Shown: positions 14,694 through 23,396, counted from the stretch's first letter. The stretch: 64,000 bases of DNA from Candidatus Omnitrophica bacterium UBA6249 (GCA_002441305.1 DJVT01000002.1:16335-80334), one strand, 5' to 3'. Numbers and translations are program-made. The notes: generated by a model not told the origin, from the sequence alone.

Positions 14694-16853
14694 TTACGAT
14701 TTGACGGGTTTGAATATATCGTCGGAGATGGCTATTCCGCGGACGCGAATCTCATTAACAAAAGTAGGCTTGTACCCTGTAGGAGTAAAATACCCCAACA
14801 CTTTTCCCTGCGCATCAACACCTGTTTGTTTAAAAATAAAAATGTCGTTCAGGTTTATATGCATTTCGTCCTGCATCCCGGCCACTTCGGATACGCAAAG
14901 CACTTTCCTTGATCCGTCGGAGAGCCGGGCAGTATGCACAATTATATCCACGGCGGAAGAGACCATTTCGCGAATAGCCCTTGCCGGTAGCTCTATGCCG
15001 GACATCAGAATCATCGAATCCAGACGCGATAAAACATCTGCCGTAGAATTAGCGTGAATCGTGGTCATGGAACCGTCATGCCCGGTATTCATCGCCTGAA
15101 GCATATCCAAAGATTCGGTCCCGCGGCATTCTCCTACGATAATCCTGTCGGGACGCATACGCAAAGTGTTCCTAAAAAGGTCACGAATGGTCAACCCGCC
15201 TTTACCTTCTATGTTCGGCGGACGTGACTCCAGCCTCACCCAATGCCTTTGGTTCAACTTGAGCTCCGCGGCATCCTCAAGCGTAACAATCCTTTCCCCT
15301 TCCGGGATATACTCGGAAAGGGCATTTAAAACCGTAGTCTTGCCTGAACCCGTACCTCCCGACACAATCATATTCTTGCGGCACAACACGCAAGCCCTGA
15401 TAAAATCAGCCATGCCCTGGGTAAGCGCACCGAAATTAATCAAATCGCTTGTCTTGTATCTTTCCTTGCGGAATTTCCTGATAGTCAAGGTGGGCCCGGT
15501 AAGAGACAAGGGGGGGATAATTGCGTTTACGCGCGAACCGTCATTCAAACGGGCGTCCACCATGGGAACAGACTCATCGATACGCCGGCCTATGGGGGCA
15601 ATAATGCGCTCGATTATAGTCCTTACCTGTTCGTTGGAAATAAATTTTTTGCTGGTAAGCTCCAGTTTTCCGAAACGCTCCACATATACTTCATCCTTAT
15701 TATTGACCATTATATCCGTAACATCAGGATCGGCCAAAAGGTCCTCTATCGCCCCCAGCCCCAATGCCTCGTCGAGGATCTCTTTGATTAACTTCCTCCG
15801 CACCTCCTGAGAGGGGATAAAACTGCCTGCTTCTTCAAGCAGGAGGTTACTTACCACTACCTCCGCTTTTTTCTTAAGTTCTTCTCCCTTTTTATGGTCG
15901 CTAAAAACTTTCAGGTCTATCTTCTTTATATTCATACTCTCGAGAAGACGGCTGTGTATTCTTCGCTTGAGTATCAATATTTCATCCTTGTCTTCATTGA
16001 CATCCGGGTCAAGTACGGTCTCTCCTAACCCCTGCCCCTCCCAAAACTGAGCCGCCTTGCTGTCGGGTTCCTTCTTCAGCTTCAATTGATCTATATTCCT
16101 GCGTTCCACGAATACGGATTTATTCGAAATAAGAGTATTGGTTAAACCGGAAAAAGCCGAGGCGATCCTGGAGCGCGGAGAATCTATTACTACCGGAATC
16201 CCCTGATTAACCGCCTGGTTTACCAGCCTGCCTTCGGAAGGAATTTTTTCGATAATCTCGACCGGTAAATGCACGCGGATCTCCTGCCAGCTGATACTGG
16301 ACAGGGATTCCGCCCTATTCAATAGGAGTTGGATCATATTCAGGGGAAAATGCAAAAACTGCAAAGTATCCAAAGCCCATTTTGTCTGGTATATGGATAA
16401 GGCATCCGGGGTTACAATAAGCAGGATAAGGTTTGCCTGGTTGAGCACAGCGAGAAACAAATCACTGAAACTTTTCCCGGCGTCGACGATTATATAGTCG
16501 TAATCTTTATCCAACAAAGAAAATACCTCTGGTATCTTCTCCGGGTACAAATACCCCGATTGCTGAGGCTTAAGCACGCCCGCGATAAAATCGACTCCGT
16601 TAAATTTTGATTTGACGATAAAATTCTGTTTCTTGGTTAACTGAGGTTGTTTTTTCAAAAAGCTCATCAGATCCGCCATGCATACTTGCGGATCCACGCC
16701 AAGTATATGCGACATATCCCCTACAACCTGCGTATCCAGGTCAATGGCGCAAACGCGCTTTCCTTCTTTGGCCAAGGAAGCAGCCAGGTTAGCGGCGATT
16801 AAAGTCTTGCCTACTCCGCCTTTAGTGCTGAATATGACTATTACTTTTGCCAT
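14694..16853 (-). CDS. cpaF: Fusion of ParA/MinD-like ATPase (TadZ/CpaE-type) with CpaF/TadA secretion ATPase (719 aa)
   Basis: Residues 1-~255: MAKVIVIFSTKGGVGKTLIAANLAASLAKEGKRVCAIDLD (deviant Walker A). Residues ~330-719: T2SSE ATPase with Walker A SGGTGSGKTT, plus RPDRIIVGECRG and MNTGHDGSMTTIHAN. Confidence 0.85.
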   Translation of the reverse strand: MAKVIVIFSTKGGVGKTLIAANLAASLAKEGKRVCAIDLDTQVVGDMSHILGVDPQVCMADLMSFLKKQPQLTKKQNFIVKSKFNGVDFIAGVLKPQQSGYLYPEKIPEVFSLLDKDYDYIIVDAGKSFSDLFLAVLNQANLILLIVTPDALSIYQTKWALDTLQFLHFPLNMIQLLLNRAESLSSISWQEIRVHLPVEIIEKIPSEGRLVNQAVNQGIPVVIDSPRSRIASAFSGLTNTLISNKSVFVERRNIDQLKLKKEPDSKAAQFWEGQGLGETVLDPDVNEDKDEILILKRRIHSRLLESMNIKKIDLKVFSDHKKGEELKKKAEVVVSNLLLEEAGSFIPSQEVRRKLIKEILDEALGLGAIEDLLADPDVTDIMVNNKDEVYVERFGKLELTSKKFISNEQVRTIIERIIAPIGRRIDESVPMVDARLNDGSRVNAIIPPLSLTGPTLTIRKFRKERYKTSDLINFGALTQGMADFIRACVLCRKNMIVSGGTGSGKTTVLNALSEYIPEGERIVTLEDAAELKLNQRHWVRLESRPPNIEGKGGLTIRDLFRNTLRMRPDRIIVGECRGTESLDMLQAMNTGHDGSMTTIHANSTADVLSRLDSMILMSGIELPARAIREMVSSAVDIIVHTARLSDGSRKVLCVSEVAGMQDEMHINLNDIFIFKQTGVDAQGKVLGYFTPTGYKPTFVNEIRVRGIAISDDIFKPVKS

Positions 16854-16855
16854 TT

Positions 16856-18451
16856 TTATTCAAGTTGATAAATTATCGGGATATCCACCCACATCTCTTT
16901 CTTATTGACCTCCGGGGGGAACGGAGGATACGGCGAAATCTTCTGCGCCGCGCTTACCGCGTTATCGTCAAGCAAACGGTAATTGGAGGGTTCTTTAACT
17001 TTCAAATCCAACAGGTCTCCCTGGGCGGAAAGTTTAAGACTTAATTTTACCTTGCCTTGAAAACCGGCTTCTTTTGCTGCTTCCGGATAAGCAAGATTTT
17101 CCAAGACTTTACGCTGAATAATTTTGGCATACCTGGTAACCGGATCCTTGGCATCTTCTTCAGTAAAAACAGGAGTGCCGGATATAACAGGCTTTGTCTC
17201 CTGGAGCGCTTTATTCTGATCCATCACGTGAGGAGTCAAGGTAATAAAAAGTTCCGTATCGTCGGCCTTGGCAAGATCCGAATTCCACCCTTGAGATGAT
17301 GTCTTTTGCCTGAAAAACAAACCTAAAACAGGAATATCGGAAAGCCAGGGAACCCTCTTTAATTCTTCGGTAGACTTTTTCTTAATCAGCCCGCCGATCG
17401 CCATAGTCTGCCCGTCGTCGAGAAAAAGTTCGGTCGTCGCAGTACGCTTGGTCATTTTGTACGCAAGGGCATACGTAGTACTTACCACATCCCCCAGCTC
17501 GCTTACGGTAACGTCAAGATTAAGATGTACACGCCCGGAATCATTGATCAGGGGCCTGACGTTCAGAATAATCCCGTACTCTTTGTACTCAACAGAACCG
17601 TTGCTTGTCGCGCCTACAGAAGTAGAACCGCTTGTCCCGGGAGTAACCGTACCGCTCAAAACAGGGACCTCCCCTCCAACCACCAGCTTGGCCTCTTTTC
17701 CGCTCTGGCAGGAAACCCTGGGGCGGGAAAGAATACGCGCCTTGCCGTCTTTTATCAAGGCATCCAGTTTGAGGGTAAAAGCATCCCTGGTAACATTGAC
17801 CACATGAAACAGCTTACCCCAAGTGGTCCCGGCTTCGGAAATTCCAGGAGAGCCTACTTCGGTCAAATTCAGAGAGCTCGGCCAGGTAAACCCAAGGGTA
17901 TCCTGAGAGCCCCTGTTAAGCTCGATTACCTGGACATCTATCTCTATAACAGCTTCTTCCTCTTTAAGTTTTATCAAGTCTATAGTCTTATCCTTAAGAG
18001 CACCTAAAACGGTAGCGATACGCTCTCTGTCCGCGGCATTCTTGACAAAACCCAAGAGCACCACTTTTCCTCCGTCTTCGTCCGCGCTTGAATAGACATC
18101 CGGCAGATTTAATTTCTGTAAAGCTTTATCTATGCGCTCTTTTACTTCTAGCATATTTTCAGTGAATACTTTAAGGCGGTATGACTGCTCGCCAAAATCA
18201 TCCCAGATAACAAGCGTAGTTGTCCCTGCGGATTTGGGATTAACTGTCAAATCGTTTTTTGTAATATTGACCACGTCGGCAACCGAAGGATTTCCAATCG
18301 CTATTCTTTTTGGTGAATTTATGGCAATCACTTGCGGTTCGCCTAAATAGAGTTTCATCTCCTCATCAACGTCATCCGCTGCGCGCCCGCCCAGAGGAAA
18401 AAGGGATACAAAAGCACAAAATAATAACAGATTAAAAAATAACTTTCTCAT
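16856..18451 (-). CDS. cpaC: CpaC/RcpA-type secretin with C-terminal TonB-C-like domain (531 aa)
   Basis: Signal peptide, then pilus-N domain (LYLGEPQVIAINSPKRIAIGNPSVADVV...TTLVIWD), then secretin core (ILSRPRVSCQSGKEAKLVVGGEVP...VPWLSDIPVLGLFFR...ELFITLTPHV). The last ~85 aa, YPEAAKEAGFQGKVKLSLKLSAQGDLLDLKVKEPSNYRLLDDNAVSAAQKISPYPPFP, fit the TonB C-terminal domain pattern. Confidence 0.8.
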   Translation of the reverse strand: MRKLFFNLLLFCAFVSLFPLGGRAADDVDEEMKLYLGEPQVIAINSPKRIAIGNPSVADVVNITKNDLTVNPKSAGTTTLVIWDDFGEQSYRLKVFTENMLEVKERIDKALQKLNLPDVYSSADEDGGKVVLLGFVKNAADRERIATVLGALKDKTIDLIKLKEEEAVIEIDVQVIELNRGSQDTLGFTWPSSLNLTEVGSPGISEAGTTWGKLFHVVNVTRDAFTLKLDALIKDGKARILSRPRVSCQSGKEAKLVVGGEVPVLSGTVTPGTSGSTSVGATSNGSVEYKEYGIILNVRPLINDSGRVHLNLDVTVSELGDVVSTTYALAYKMTKRTATTELFLDDGQTMAIGGLIKKKSTEELKRVPWLSDIPVLGLFFRQKTSSQGWNSDLAKADDTELFITLTPHVMDQNKALQETKPVISGTPVFTEEDAKDPVTRYAKIIQRKVLENLAYPEAAKEAGFQGKVKLSLKLSAQGDLLDLKVKEPSNYRLLDDNAVSAAQKISPYPPFPPEVNKKEMWVDIPIIYQLE

Positions 18452-18512
18452 TTTTCTCCTTTTATCCGTTTATCCCGCGCAGAACCCTCACGCAGACAAA
18501 AGTGTCATATGC

Positions 18513-19433
18513 CTATTTAGGCAAAGATACCTGCTCCTTTTTCAAACCGCGCAGTACTTCCACATACTCCGTCGGCTCCGCGGGTACGGTCTCTATCGGT
18601 TTTTCTACCGCTTTTTCTGCATCCTGCTTCTGCGGCATAATATATTGGAATAAAGCCTCCCAGCTTGCGGGGGTAAGCGGTTCAATTTTGGCATCGGCGG
18701 GGGAACGCATAGTCAAACGCACCTTTCCCTGCTCCTGGACAAAAGCTATAAGGCTTGCCTCCTGTGGAGTAAGTGCTAAGGTAATCAAATTGCTTGTTCC
18801 CTTGGGAGCCTCTCCTTGCTTATCATACCTCCCGGAGGAAAGCTCAGGACCGCCTATATTTTGTCCTACGGCCAGAATTAAAACGTTTTGAAACAAAGGA
18901 ATAACCGCTACCTGACTTAACATTTTCCCATCCGGTCCTGGGACTGGAATTTGTATCGTGGCAAGTACATCAACATAATCCCCGGGCCTAACCATATGGG
19001 CCAAAGAAGACAGGTTATCTACAACAATAGATATAGCCCTTTTGCCCGCAGGAGTAACTCCGGATAAATTCCCTCCCCCGGACTGCCTTATACGCGTAAG
19101 CTTCGAGAGGCTTATCTGCTCTCCCTTGGAAATAGGCGCGACAGTAACCATCCCGGAAATCCTGTCCAAAGACGTAACCGCCTGCGGCTGAACGAATTTA
19201 TTCGGGACGATCGAGGTATCAAACATCTCCGGTTCAATAGCTGCCCCCTGGGGAATATCCTGTTTAGCCACCAGCACAGCGGTTTGGCTGGATCTCATAT
19301 TGGCAATCGCCGCCTTGGCTTTAACCTGCATAGCTTGCTGCTGCTGGTCAAGGTACATCTTGGTCATGGCAATAGCCATAACGCCTAACACTATGCCGCT
19401 GAGCAATATAAGCTTCTGCTTTTCGATTGCCAT
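18513..19433 (-). CDS. cpaB: Flp pilus assembly protein CpaB/RcpC
   Basis: 306 aa. N-terminal anchor LILLSGIVLGVMAIAMTKMYL, then SAF-like and RcpC-like regions. ATG shares one base with the upstream stop (TAATG). Confidence 0.8.
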   Translation of the reverse strand: MAIEKQKLILLSGIVLGVMAIAMTKMYLDQQQQAMQVKAKAAIANMRSSQTAVLVAKQDIPQGAAIEPEMFDTSIVPNKFVQPQAVTSLDRISGMVTVAPISKGEQISLSKLTRIRQSGGGNLSGVTPAGKRAISIVVDNLSSLAHMVRPGDYVDVLATIQIPVPGPDGKMLSQVAVIPLFQNVLILAVGQNIGGPELSSGRYDKQGEAPKGTSNLITLALTPQEASLIAFVQEQGKVRLTMRSPADAKIEPLTPASWEALFQYIMPQKQDAEKAVEKPIETVPAEPTEYVEVLRGLKKEQVSLPK

Positions 19434-20347
19434 TATTTTATCTCCCCTTCGAATACTTCGATCTTTGCGTCACGGGAAAGCTTTCCAATCAGTTCTTCGA
19501 TCGCCTGCTGTTGCTTAAGAAAAACAAGTCCCCTGTTAATATCGTCCCACATTTCCGACAAGGGCCTTTGCTTGCCTCCGCGTTTTGCCTCAAGCCTAAT
19601 GATCGCATACCCTTCTGGAACCTTGAATATATTGCTTACCTTGCCTATATCCAAAGAGTCAGAGAAGGCAACAGCATCGAACTGGGCAGATTTTTGCCCT
19701 TTTTTGATAAACCCGATATTCCCTCCGTCTTTAGCGCTGCCAGACCTGGAGCTGCTTCTTGCCAATGCGGCAAAATCCGCCCCCTGAAGAAGCTGTATTA
19801 ATACATCTCTGGCGTCCTGTTCACTGCCAACGATAATCTCGGAAACCTGCCTCTCTTCCGGCTCTTTGAATTGATCTTTATAAGTATTGTAGTAATCCTC
19901 CACTTCCTTAGAAGTAACATTGATATCTTTGGCTATTTCTTTGATATCCTGCAGAACCATGAGATCGCGTTTATTTTTTTCCACCGCCTGCCTAACTTCT
20001 TCGTCACGGTCAAGCCCATTATCAAGGGCATGTTGATAAAGCAAGGCCCTGCGCACCATTTCATTCTTTAAATAATTGACCTTTTGTTCTTTGGTGGTTA
20101 TTTTTAACTCTGAGCGGTCCTCCGGGACATTTGCGTTATAAACAGTAATCTCGGCATTCAAATCATCCAATCCTATAGAAATATTGTTTACCTTGGCGAC
20201 TACCGGCCCCTTAGCTTCTACAACCGCTGGCTGAACTTCGATTTTAACCTCGGGCTTGCTTTTTACCGCCGGTTTAAATTTGTCACACCCCAAAACCCCG
20301 CCGCATAATAAGACAAGTGCAGAAAAAAGAATAATATTATTTCTCAT
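19433..20347 (-). CDS. Parvulin-type peptidyl-prolyl isomerase lipoprotein (PrsA/SurA-like)
   Basis: 304 aa. Lipobox LLCGGVLGC. Rotamase region SEIIVGSEQDARDVLIQLLQGADFAALARSSS...GGNIGFIKKGQ...FKVPEGYAIIRLE. Confidence 0.75.
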   Translation of the reverse strand: MRNNIILFSALVLLCGGVLGCDKFKPAVKSKPEVKIEVQPAVVEAKGPVVAKVNNISIGLDDLNAEITVYNANVPEDRSELKITTKEQKVNYLKNEMVRRALLYQHALDNGLDRDEEVRQAVEKNKRDLMVLQDIKEIAKDINVTSKEVEDYYNTYKDQFKEPEERQVSEIIVGSEQDARDVLIQLLQGADFAALARSSSRSGSAKDGGNIGFIKKGQKSAQFDAVAFSDSLDIGKVSNIFKVPEGYAIIRLEAKRGGKQRPLSEMWDDINRGLVFLKQQQAIEELIGKLSRDAKIEVFEGEIK

Positions 20348-20549
20348 TTTATTGCCTCCGTATTAGTCTATAATCTACCTTTTGTTGCCAAAAACAAAAA
20401 ATCCAGGCAATGACTTTACCCACTGCACTGGAAGATTTTATGAAACCGAGATGTTTTATTCATCCGCCCCCCGTTATTCCATTAATCTTATAACGCTCTC
20501 GAAAAAAATGCAAGAAAAATCTTGTGCCTTTCGGCGTCGACGCAAAATT

Positions 20550-20627
20550 TGGTAGCCCCAACCGGATTTGAACCGGTGTTTACAGGCTGAGAACCTGACG
20601 TCCTGGACCGGGCTAGACGATGGGGCC
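20550..20627 (-). tRNA. tRNA-Glu (anticodon CUC), CCA encoded
   Basis: Minus strand GGCCCCATCGTCTAGCCCGGTCCAGGACGTCAGGTTCTCAGCCTGTAAACACCGGTTCAAATCCGGTTGGGGCTACCA. It folds as a cloverleaf with acceptor GGCCCCA/TGGGGCT, anticodon loop TTCTCAG and T-loop TTCAAAT, and closely parallels bacterial tRNA-Glu. Confidence 0.85.
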
Positions 20628-20690
20628 AAATATTAGATGTATTTTACTATAATTGCCTTTTTAGTCAACAACTTAATAAATACAATTTTA

Positions 20691-20719
20691 TTGACCCTCC
20701 ATAATTTACATTATATACT
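20691..20719 (+). promoter_or_regulatory. Candidate promoter of the FIST-kinase-GGDEF operon
   Basis: TTGACC (20691..20696), 17 nt, TATACT (20714..20719). The -10 ends 7 nt before ATG 20727 and there is no SD sequence, which is leaderless geometry. Confidence 0.4.
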
Positions 20720-20726
20720 GGTTGGC

Positions 20727-21911
20727 ATGAACATAAGTCTCGGGTTCAGCGACAATAAAGACCACATTCAGGCCACTAATGAGGCAATCGGCCAGGCGAT
20801 AATAGGCCTGGGGAAAAAACGCAGAGACCTGGCTATAATATTCACCACCATAGAGTTCGCTCATCCGTTAGTATTAAAGATCACCAACAACCTTTTGGGC
20901 GAAATCCCCATATTAGGCTGCAGCAGCCTGGGGATAATGACAAACAAGGGCATACACAAACACGGGTTTGCCGTGCTTTTAATCAGCCTGGGAGAGCAGG
21001 TCTTTTTAAACTTCGCCGCCGTCAAGGATGTAAACAAAATGACCCCCGTTGCCGCAGGAAGAGACCTGGGGAAAAAGCTGCTCTACGGATGCAAAGATGT
21101 GCGCAGGAATCTCAGCCTCATCTTCTCGGACGGCCTGATCACCGACGGAACAAGCCTGATAAACGGCCTGCAGGAAAATCTGGGAAAAAGCTTCCCTCTG
21201 ATCGGAGTTTCGGCTTCAGATAACTTCGCTTTTACAAAAACCTTCCAGTATTTCAATAAAGAGGCTCTCTCCGATTCCTGCTGCGGACTTCTTTTCGGGG
21301 GGAAAATGCATTTTGGTTTCGGGATCAAACATGGATGGAAACCCTTGGGGAAAATCCATCATGTCACCAAATCAGAGGGGAACATCATCAAAGAGATTGA
21401 CGGAGAACCTGCGATAAAACTATACGAGAACTATTTTGCCAAAGACGCCCTTGAACTTGCCAAAGAACTGCGCAGAATCTCCATATTCTATCCCATAGGA
21501 GTTTACCTGGAGGGGGAAAAAGAATATCTTTTACGCAATATTATCTCAATTAAAGACGATGGGTCTCTGGTAACCCAAGGAGATATCCTCCAGGACAGCC
21601 CGATACGCCTGATGATCGGGACCAAGGATTCCTGTCTTTCCGCTGCCGCGGCTTCCTGCGAAGAGGCAAAAAAAGACCTCGGCGCGCAGGCAAAATTCAT
21701 CATGGTATTCGACTCGGCGGCAAGATTCACGCTTCTCGGCAGGCAATATACAAAAGAACTCGATATAATCAAAGCCGCATTCGGTGAGGATGTCCCTTTG
21801 ATAGGGATCTATTCCTACGGAGAGCAGGCCCCCCTGAAATCCATAAGTTATCTTGGCCGGGCTTATTTCCATAATCAAAGCATGAACATCCTGGCATTCG
21901 GAGGCCAATAA
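20727..21911 (+). CDS. FIST (N+C) domain signal-sensing protein
   Basis: The track ORF begins at 20637, but the conserved part starts at MNISLGFSDNK (ATG 20727). It has FIST_N/FIST_C-like regions (GCSSLGIM...LIFSDGLITDG...GFGIKHGWKPLG...FYPIG...MVFDSAARFTLLG...IGIYSYGEQAP). Confidence 0.75.
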   Translation: MNISLGFSDNKDHIQATNEAIGQAIIGLGKKRRDLAIIFTTIEFAHPLVLKITNNLLGEIPILGCSSLGIMTNKGIHKHGFAVLLISLGEQVFLNFAAVKDVNKMTPVAAGRDLGKKLLYGCKDVRRNLSLIFSDGLITDGTSLINGLQENLGKSFPLIGVSASDNFAFTKTFQYFNKEALSDSCCGLLFGGKMHFGFGIKHGWKPLGKIHHVTKSEGNIIKEIDGEPAIKLYENYFAKDALELAKELRRISIFYPIGVYLEGEKEYLLRNIISIKDDGSLVTQGDILQDSPIRLMIGTKDSCLSAAAASCEEAKKDLGAQAKFIMVFDSAARFTLLGRQYTKELDIIKAAFGEDVPLIGIYSYGEQAPLKSISYLGRAYFHNQSMNILAFGGQ

Positions 21912-21912
21912 A

Positions 21913-23388
21913 ATGTTCAATCTCGTCCTATTCGCTATTTTTCTGGTAACTTTCGGTTTGGCGGTATTTTCCTTATCGAAGATGCAGCAGATCAAAAATA
22001 AAGAGGCTAAGATATCCGAGCTAAAAAGGTCCCTGGAGGAAATGGACGAGCAGGCAAAATTGATTATGCGCACGGATATGGAGCTTAATAAGACCCAGGA
22101 AGAGTTGGACAAAAAAATCGCCGGGCTCGATACTCTGCAGCGCCTTTCCAGGGATATAAGCACCACTCTCGAGGAAAAACAGATCTTTAAAAAAATACGC
22201 AACGACCATTTGGAGGAACTTGGTTTTGAAAAATGTACCGCCTTTTTATGGAATGATCTGAAGAGAGAATTTTACCTATGCCTGAACCTGGGGTACGGAA
22301 ACGATGAATCCGAACAAATAGGCAGAGCGGTAAATGCGGAAAAGGAGGCGTTTCTCGAATTAATCCGCAGCGGTAAAAATGCCTCTTCCGTATTTATCCC
22401 CGCGGATTTTCTTGCTAAAGACAAAATCTGCGGCATATTTATGACCCATTCATTTATCATCTGTCCTATACTCGCCCAGGAGGGAGACCAGGGGTTCATC
22501 TCCGTGGGGACAGAAAATATCGAAACTTGCATAACCGAAGGAGAACAGGAACTTATTACAATTCTTGCCAACCAAATCGGGCAGACCCTGGATAACGCCA
22601 GGCTCTTCGAAAAAACCTGGAGATCCCAGCAAGAGCTTGAAATAAAGGTCACCGAAAGAACGCGCCAGCTTACCCAGGCCCTGGAAGAAGTGGGTAAAGT
22701 CAGCAAACGCAAAAGCGATTTCATCTCGAGCGTATCCCACGAACTCAGAACCCCCCTTACTTCGATAAAAGGCTATGCGGCTATACTCCTCGCCGGGAAG
22801 TTAGGCGCCGTCCCGGAAGAGATAAAAGCCAGGCTCGCGAAAATAAACCGTCATAGCGACGAATTGGTGCACATGATAAACGACCTTCTGGATATCTCGC
22901 GTATCGAATCCGGAAAAGTAAATATGAAAATAGAAAATATAGAACTGAAGTACGTTGTGGATAAGGTGGCGGATCTTCTCGGCGTGCAGATGAAAGGCAA
23001 AGATATCGCTTTCGAAAGCAGCATACCCGAAGATTGCCAAAGAGTTATGGCGGATCGCAGTCAGATAGAAAGGATTTTTATAAACCTGGTCGGAAACGCA
23101 ATTAAATTCACTCCGGAAAAAGGGACAATCAGCGTAAACGCGCACTGCTCGAGCAGGGTCATCCAGGTAGACGTAAAAGATACGGGATTCGGGATACCCG
23201 AAGATGCCCAGGAGAAAATATTCGAGGAGTTCTACCGCGTAGAAAATACCATAAATCAGGAGGTAAAAGGCACGGGCCTGGGGCTCGCCTTGGTCAAACA
23301 TATCATCGAGGCTCACCAGGGACGTATTTGGGTAAAAAGCAAGGTTGGAGAAGGCTCCACCTTCAGCTTCACTCTTAACGCCGCTTAA
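21913..23388 (+). CDS. Sensor histidine kinase (TM, coiled coil, GAF-like, HisKA, HATPase_c)
   Basis: 491 aa. H-box SHELRTPLTSIKGYA. ATP-binding boxes NLVGNAIKFT, DTGFGIP, GTGLGLALV. Starts 2 nt after the FIST gene stop. Confidence 0.85.
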   Translation: MFNLVLFAIFLVTFGLAVFSLSKMQQIKNKEAKISELKRSLEEMDEQAKLIMRTDMELNKTQEELDKKIAGLDTLQRLSRDISTTLEEKQIFKKIRNDHLEELGFEKCTAFLWNDLKREFYLCLNLGYGNDESEQIGRAVNAEKEAFLELIRSGKNASSVFIPADFLAKDKICGIFMTHSFIICPILAQEGDQGFISVGTENIETCITEGEQELITILANQIGQTLDNARLFEKTWRSQQELEIKVTERTRQLTQALEEVGKVSKRKSDFISSVSHELRTPLTSIKGYAAILLAGKLGAVPEEIKARLAKINRHSDELVHMINDLLDISRIESGKVNMKIENIELKYVVDKVADLLGVQMKGKDIAFESSIPEDCQRVMADRSQIERIFINLVGNAIKFTPEKGTISVNAHCSSRVIQVDVKDTGFGIPEDAQEKIFEEFYRVENTINQEVKGTGLGLALVKHIIEAHQGRIWVKSKVGEGSTFSFTLNAA

Positions 23389-23396
23389 AAACTACT

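Noticed and set aside
15166-15810. 214-aa plus-strand ORF antisense to cpaF, and similar long antisense ORFs at 59512..60399 (295 aa), 21546..22202 (218 aa), 25290..25910 (206 aa), 47335..47964 (209 aa) and 4539..4988 (149 aa)
   Set aside because: Each is fully nested opposite a gene with unambiguous family motifs. Their sequences are low-complexity S/R/L/P-rich mirror translations with alternative start codons. There is no evidence for antisense coding.
3407-20627. Idea that the Tad island is a tRNA-Glu-integrated genomic island bounded by the AT-rich spacer
   Set aside because: I found no copy of the tRNA-Glu 3' end (…CCGGTTCAAATCCGGTTGGGGCT) or any other direct repeat in 3407..4498. There is no integrase, and no obvious compositional break visible by eye.
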